Source: Minisyncoccota bacterium (GTDB lineage: Bacteria; Patescibacteriota; Minisyncoccia; Phycocordibacterales; CAJBRS01). Taken from it: 64,000 bases of DNA. The translations under genes and the position numbers were made by a program. The notes under the pieces were generated by a model. It was given only the letters and a program-made list of their open reading frames with translations, had not been told where the DNA came from and did not search any database. The stretch is taken from positions 355,739-419,738 of the forward strand of contig DASRDX010000009.1 in NCBI GenBank assembly GCA_035652395.1, given 5' to 3'. Of this stretch, positions 61,910 to 64,000 are shown in pieces; positions within the stretch are counted from its first letter, which is position 1; the number at the start of each line of letters is the position of its first letter.

Positions 61910-64000
61910 TAATTAACTTTTGATGCTCTTCCGTATTCTTTAGACCGCAGTTTTTGAACTTCTTGCCGGAGCCGCAGAAGCAGGGGTCGTTGCGGCCAAT
62001 TTTTGGAAGATGTGAGGCAGTGGAAGAGGCGGGGGCGGCCGAATTCGCCCCCGCCACATTTAGAGGTGAAGCCTGCGGCTTCAACTCCATAGTGGGAACT
62101 TGCACGCTAAAAGCAAACTGACCGCTCCCCATATTCGGAATCGCCTCTAAAATAGAAAGATTAATCGACTGCTGCATCTCTTTAAATAATCGCAAGCCTT
62201 CGCGCTTATATTCCACCAAGGGATCACGCTGACCATAAGCTCGTAAATTTACCGAGCTTCTCATATAATCCATCACTTCCAGATGATCCACCCAAAATAG
62301 ATCAATAGTCTGCATGAAAAGTCGGCGCAAGGCCTGATAGAATTGCTCTTCTCCAAGCTCTGTCTTTTTCTTTTCAATTTTTTCCAGCTCTTCAGGTGTA
62401 GCTTCCGACTTTACTTCATTTAAAAATTCCTCAATGTCCTCACGATTTCCCATGAGAATCTTTCGCCGTCTTTCATACACCACTTTTCGTTGGGAATTCA
62501 GAACATCGTCATATTCCAAAACATGTTTTCTGGCATCAAAATTAAAACCTTCAATTTTCGTCTGGGCATTCTCGAGCGCTCTGGTAATTAATCGGTTTTC
62601 AATCGGCTGATCTTCCGGAATGCCAAAACGCCCCATCATATTTTTGATGGTGTCAGTTGCAAAAATACGCATCAAGCTATCTTCGAGAGAGACGAAAAAT
62701 TGAGTGGTTCCCGGATCCCCTTGTCGACCCGAACGACCGCGAAGTTGATTATCAATTCGCCGCGCTTCGTGACGCTCCGTTCCCAAAACAAATAGTCCGC
62801 CAAGATTCTTTACTTCTTCAGATTCGGTACTGTCGGCAATGGCTCCTCCCAATTTAATATCCACTCCGCGGCCGGCCATGTTAGTGGAAATAGTCACAGC
62901 TTTGCGCTTGCCGGCTTCGGCAATAATTTCTCCTTCCCTTTCAGCGTACTCGGGTTTAGCGTTAAGGATCTGATGCTGAATACCTTCCCTCTTCAGATAG
63001 GCCGATAGTAATTCATTCTTTTCAATAGAGACCGTACCGACTAAGACCGGCTGACCCGCCTCGTTTAATTCCTTGATCTTTTTGGCAATAGCCATGAATT
63101 TACCCTTTTCAGTTTGGAAAATGAGATCGTTAGCGTCTTTTCTAACTACTGGTTTGTTAGTAGGTACTTCTATTACTTCAAGTCCGTAGACTTTAAAAAA
63201 TTCCTCGGCGTTGGTTTTGGCCGTACCGGTCATTCCCGAAAGTTTCTCATAGAGGCGAAAATAATTTTGAAAAGTAATAGAAGCATAAGTACGCGATTCT
63301 TTCTGTACTCTCACCCCTTCTTTGGCTTCAACGGCCTGATGAAGTCCTTCAGACCAGCGCCGACCGTGCTGAAGACGGCCGGTAAATTCATCCACAATAA
63401 TCACTTCGTTATCCTTGATGACATAATCCTTGTCTCTTTCAAAAAGAGCGCGAGCCCGCACAGCAGTTTCAAGATGATGAACATACTTGATACCTTTTTC
63501 GGTGTAAATATTTTCCACTCCCAGCAACTTCTCGGCCAAGTCAATTCCTTCATCAGTTAAAGTAATAGCTCGAAGTTTTTCATCCACAGTAAAATGTTTT
63601 TCTTTTTCCATCTTGCGAGCAATGGAGGCAAAGGTGCCGTAGAGATCTTCCGATTCAGTGGTCGGCATGGAAATAATGAGGGGCGTTCTGGCTTCGTCAA
63701 TCAGAATAGAATCCACTTCGTCCACAATGGCAAAGTTATAGGGTCGCTGACGAAGATTGCGAATGTCATATTCAATATTGTCGCGTAGATAATCAAAACC
63801 GAATTCATTGTTGGTGCCGTAGGTGATGTCAGCATTGTAAGCCTCGGTACGACTGCAGGGTCGAAGGAACTCGTAGACCACTTTGAAAGCGGCTACTTCG
63901 TCTCGTTTCTCATCCAACTCGCGATGAGTCGGATCATAGATATAAGAAGAGTCGTGATTAATGACTCCGACCGATAGTCCCAAGAAAGAATAGATCTCTC
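61896..64000 (-). CDS. secA: Preprotein translocase subunit SecA, C-terminal portion. The 5' end lies outside the window.
   Basis: DEAD-like motor and helical scaffold motifs: TNMAGRGVDIKLGG, LFVLGTERHEARRIDNQLRGRSGRQGDPG. C-terminal Zn-binding HLPKIGRNDPCFCGSGKKFKNCG. Confidence 0.9.
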   Translation of the reverse strand, partial: EIYSFLGLSVGVINHDSSYIYDPTHRELDEKRDEVAAFKVVYEFLRPCSRTEAYNADITYGTNNEFGFDYLRDNIEYDIRNLRQRPYNFAIVDEVDSILIDEARTPLIISMPTTESEDLYGTFASIARKMEKEKHFTVDEKLRAITLTDEGIDLAEKLLGVENIYTEKGIKYVHHLETAVRARALFERDKDYVIKDNEVIIVDEFTGRLQHGRRWSEGLHQAVEAKEGVRVQKESRTYASITFQNYFRLYEKLSGMTGTAKTNAEEFFKVYGLEVIEVPTNKPVVRKDANDLIFQTEKGKFMAIAKKIKELNEAGQPVLVGTVSIEKNELLSAYLKREGIQHQILNAKPEYAEREGEIIAEAGKRKAVTISTNMAGRGVDIKLGGAIADSTESEEVKNLGGLFVLGTERHEARRIDNQLRGRSGRQGDPGTTQFFVSLEDSLMRIFATDTIKNMMGRFGIPEDQPIENRLITRALENAQTKIEGFNFDARKHVLEYDDVLNSQRKVVYERRRKILMGNREDIEEFLNEVKSEATPEELEKIEKKKTELGEEQFYQALRRLFMQTIDLFWVDHLEVMDYMRSSVNLRAYGQRDPLVEYKREGLRLFKEMQQSINLSILEAIPNMGSGQFAFSVQVPTMELKPQASPLNVAGANSAAPASSTASHLPKIGRNDPCFCGSGKKFKNCGLKNTEEHQKLINEGK

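Noticed and set aside
1-64000. Diversity-generating retroelement, retron or other reverse-transcriptase-based system, which is common near giant surface proteins in CPR genomes
   Set aside because: No ORF in the window shows RT motifs (no YxDD/QGxxxSP-type block). No template/variable repeat pair was seen near the C-terminal ends of the surface genes.
1-64000. Alternative genetic code (UGA recoding), as in some CPR lineages
   Set aside because: Housekeeping genes (gyrB, thrS, secA, the giants) translate as long uninterrupted ORFs with conserved motifs in the standard code.

Overview
This 64-kb window is a gene-dense, mostly low-GC bacterial chromosome segment (roughly 35-45% GC by eye, standard genetic code, long intact ORFs). 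Its gene content looks Gram-positive-like or CPR/Patescibacteria-like; that assignment is inference only.

Housekeeping genes:
- dnaE, 3' part only, cut by the window start.
- thrS, gyrB, pheS, rpsB-tsf, prfA, rpmE, rplY, gatB, obg.
- secA, 3' part only, cut by the window end.
- One tRNA-Thr(UGU).

Metabolism and transport:
- A glycolysis/pentose-phosphate block: gap, rpiB, rpe, a split two-gene transketolase, class II fba and a PfkB kinase.
- Two FAD-dependent oxidoreductases.
- Two ABC transporter ATPase/permease pairs and a ZIP metal transporter.

Accessory and envelope content:
- A 16-kb surface locus at 34.4-50.9 kb. It holds two tandem giant paralogous secreted proteins of 1935 and about 2100 aa. 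Both carry tail-fibre-like Gly-rich repeats and a C-terminal phage-type intramolecular chaperone (peptidase S74-like) domain. Immediately upstream is a four-gene operon of WxL-like, DUF916-like and FN3 surface proteins.
- A sharply GC-rich island at about 5.4-9.6 kb. It encodes a bactofilin and three unknown envelope coiled-coil or large proteins.
- Two duplicated [small single-TM protein + type IV pilin] modules.
- A coiled-coil plus lysozyme-like (SLT) peptidoglycan hydrolase with PcsB/EnvC-like architecture.
- A sortase divergently paired with a CARDB-domain protein.
- A membrane glycosylation cluster: a processive-type GT2 with a QxxRW motif, a membrane thioredoxin-like protein and a GT-C glycosyltransferase.

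Other points:
- Many intrinsic terminators are perfect GC-rich hairpins, and several share a GCGGCCG-type stem with a GAA/UUC triloop.
- I found no CRISPR array, no reverse transcriptase or DGR, no integrase and no recognisable defence system.
- All functional calls rest on motif recognition by eye; no searches were run.
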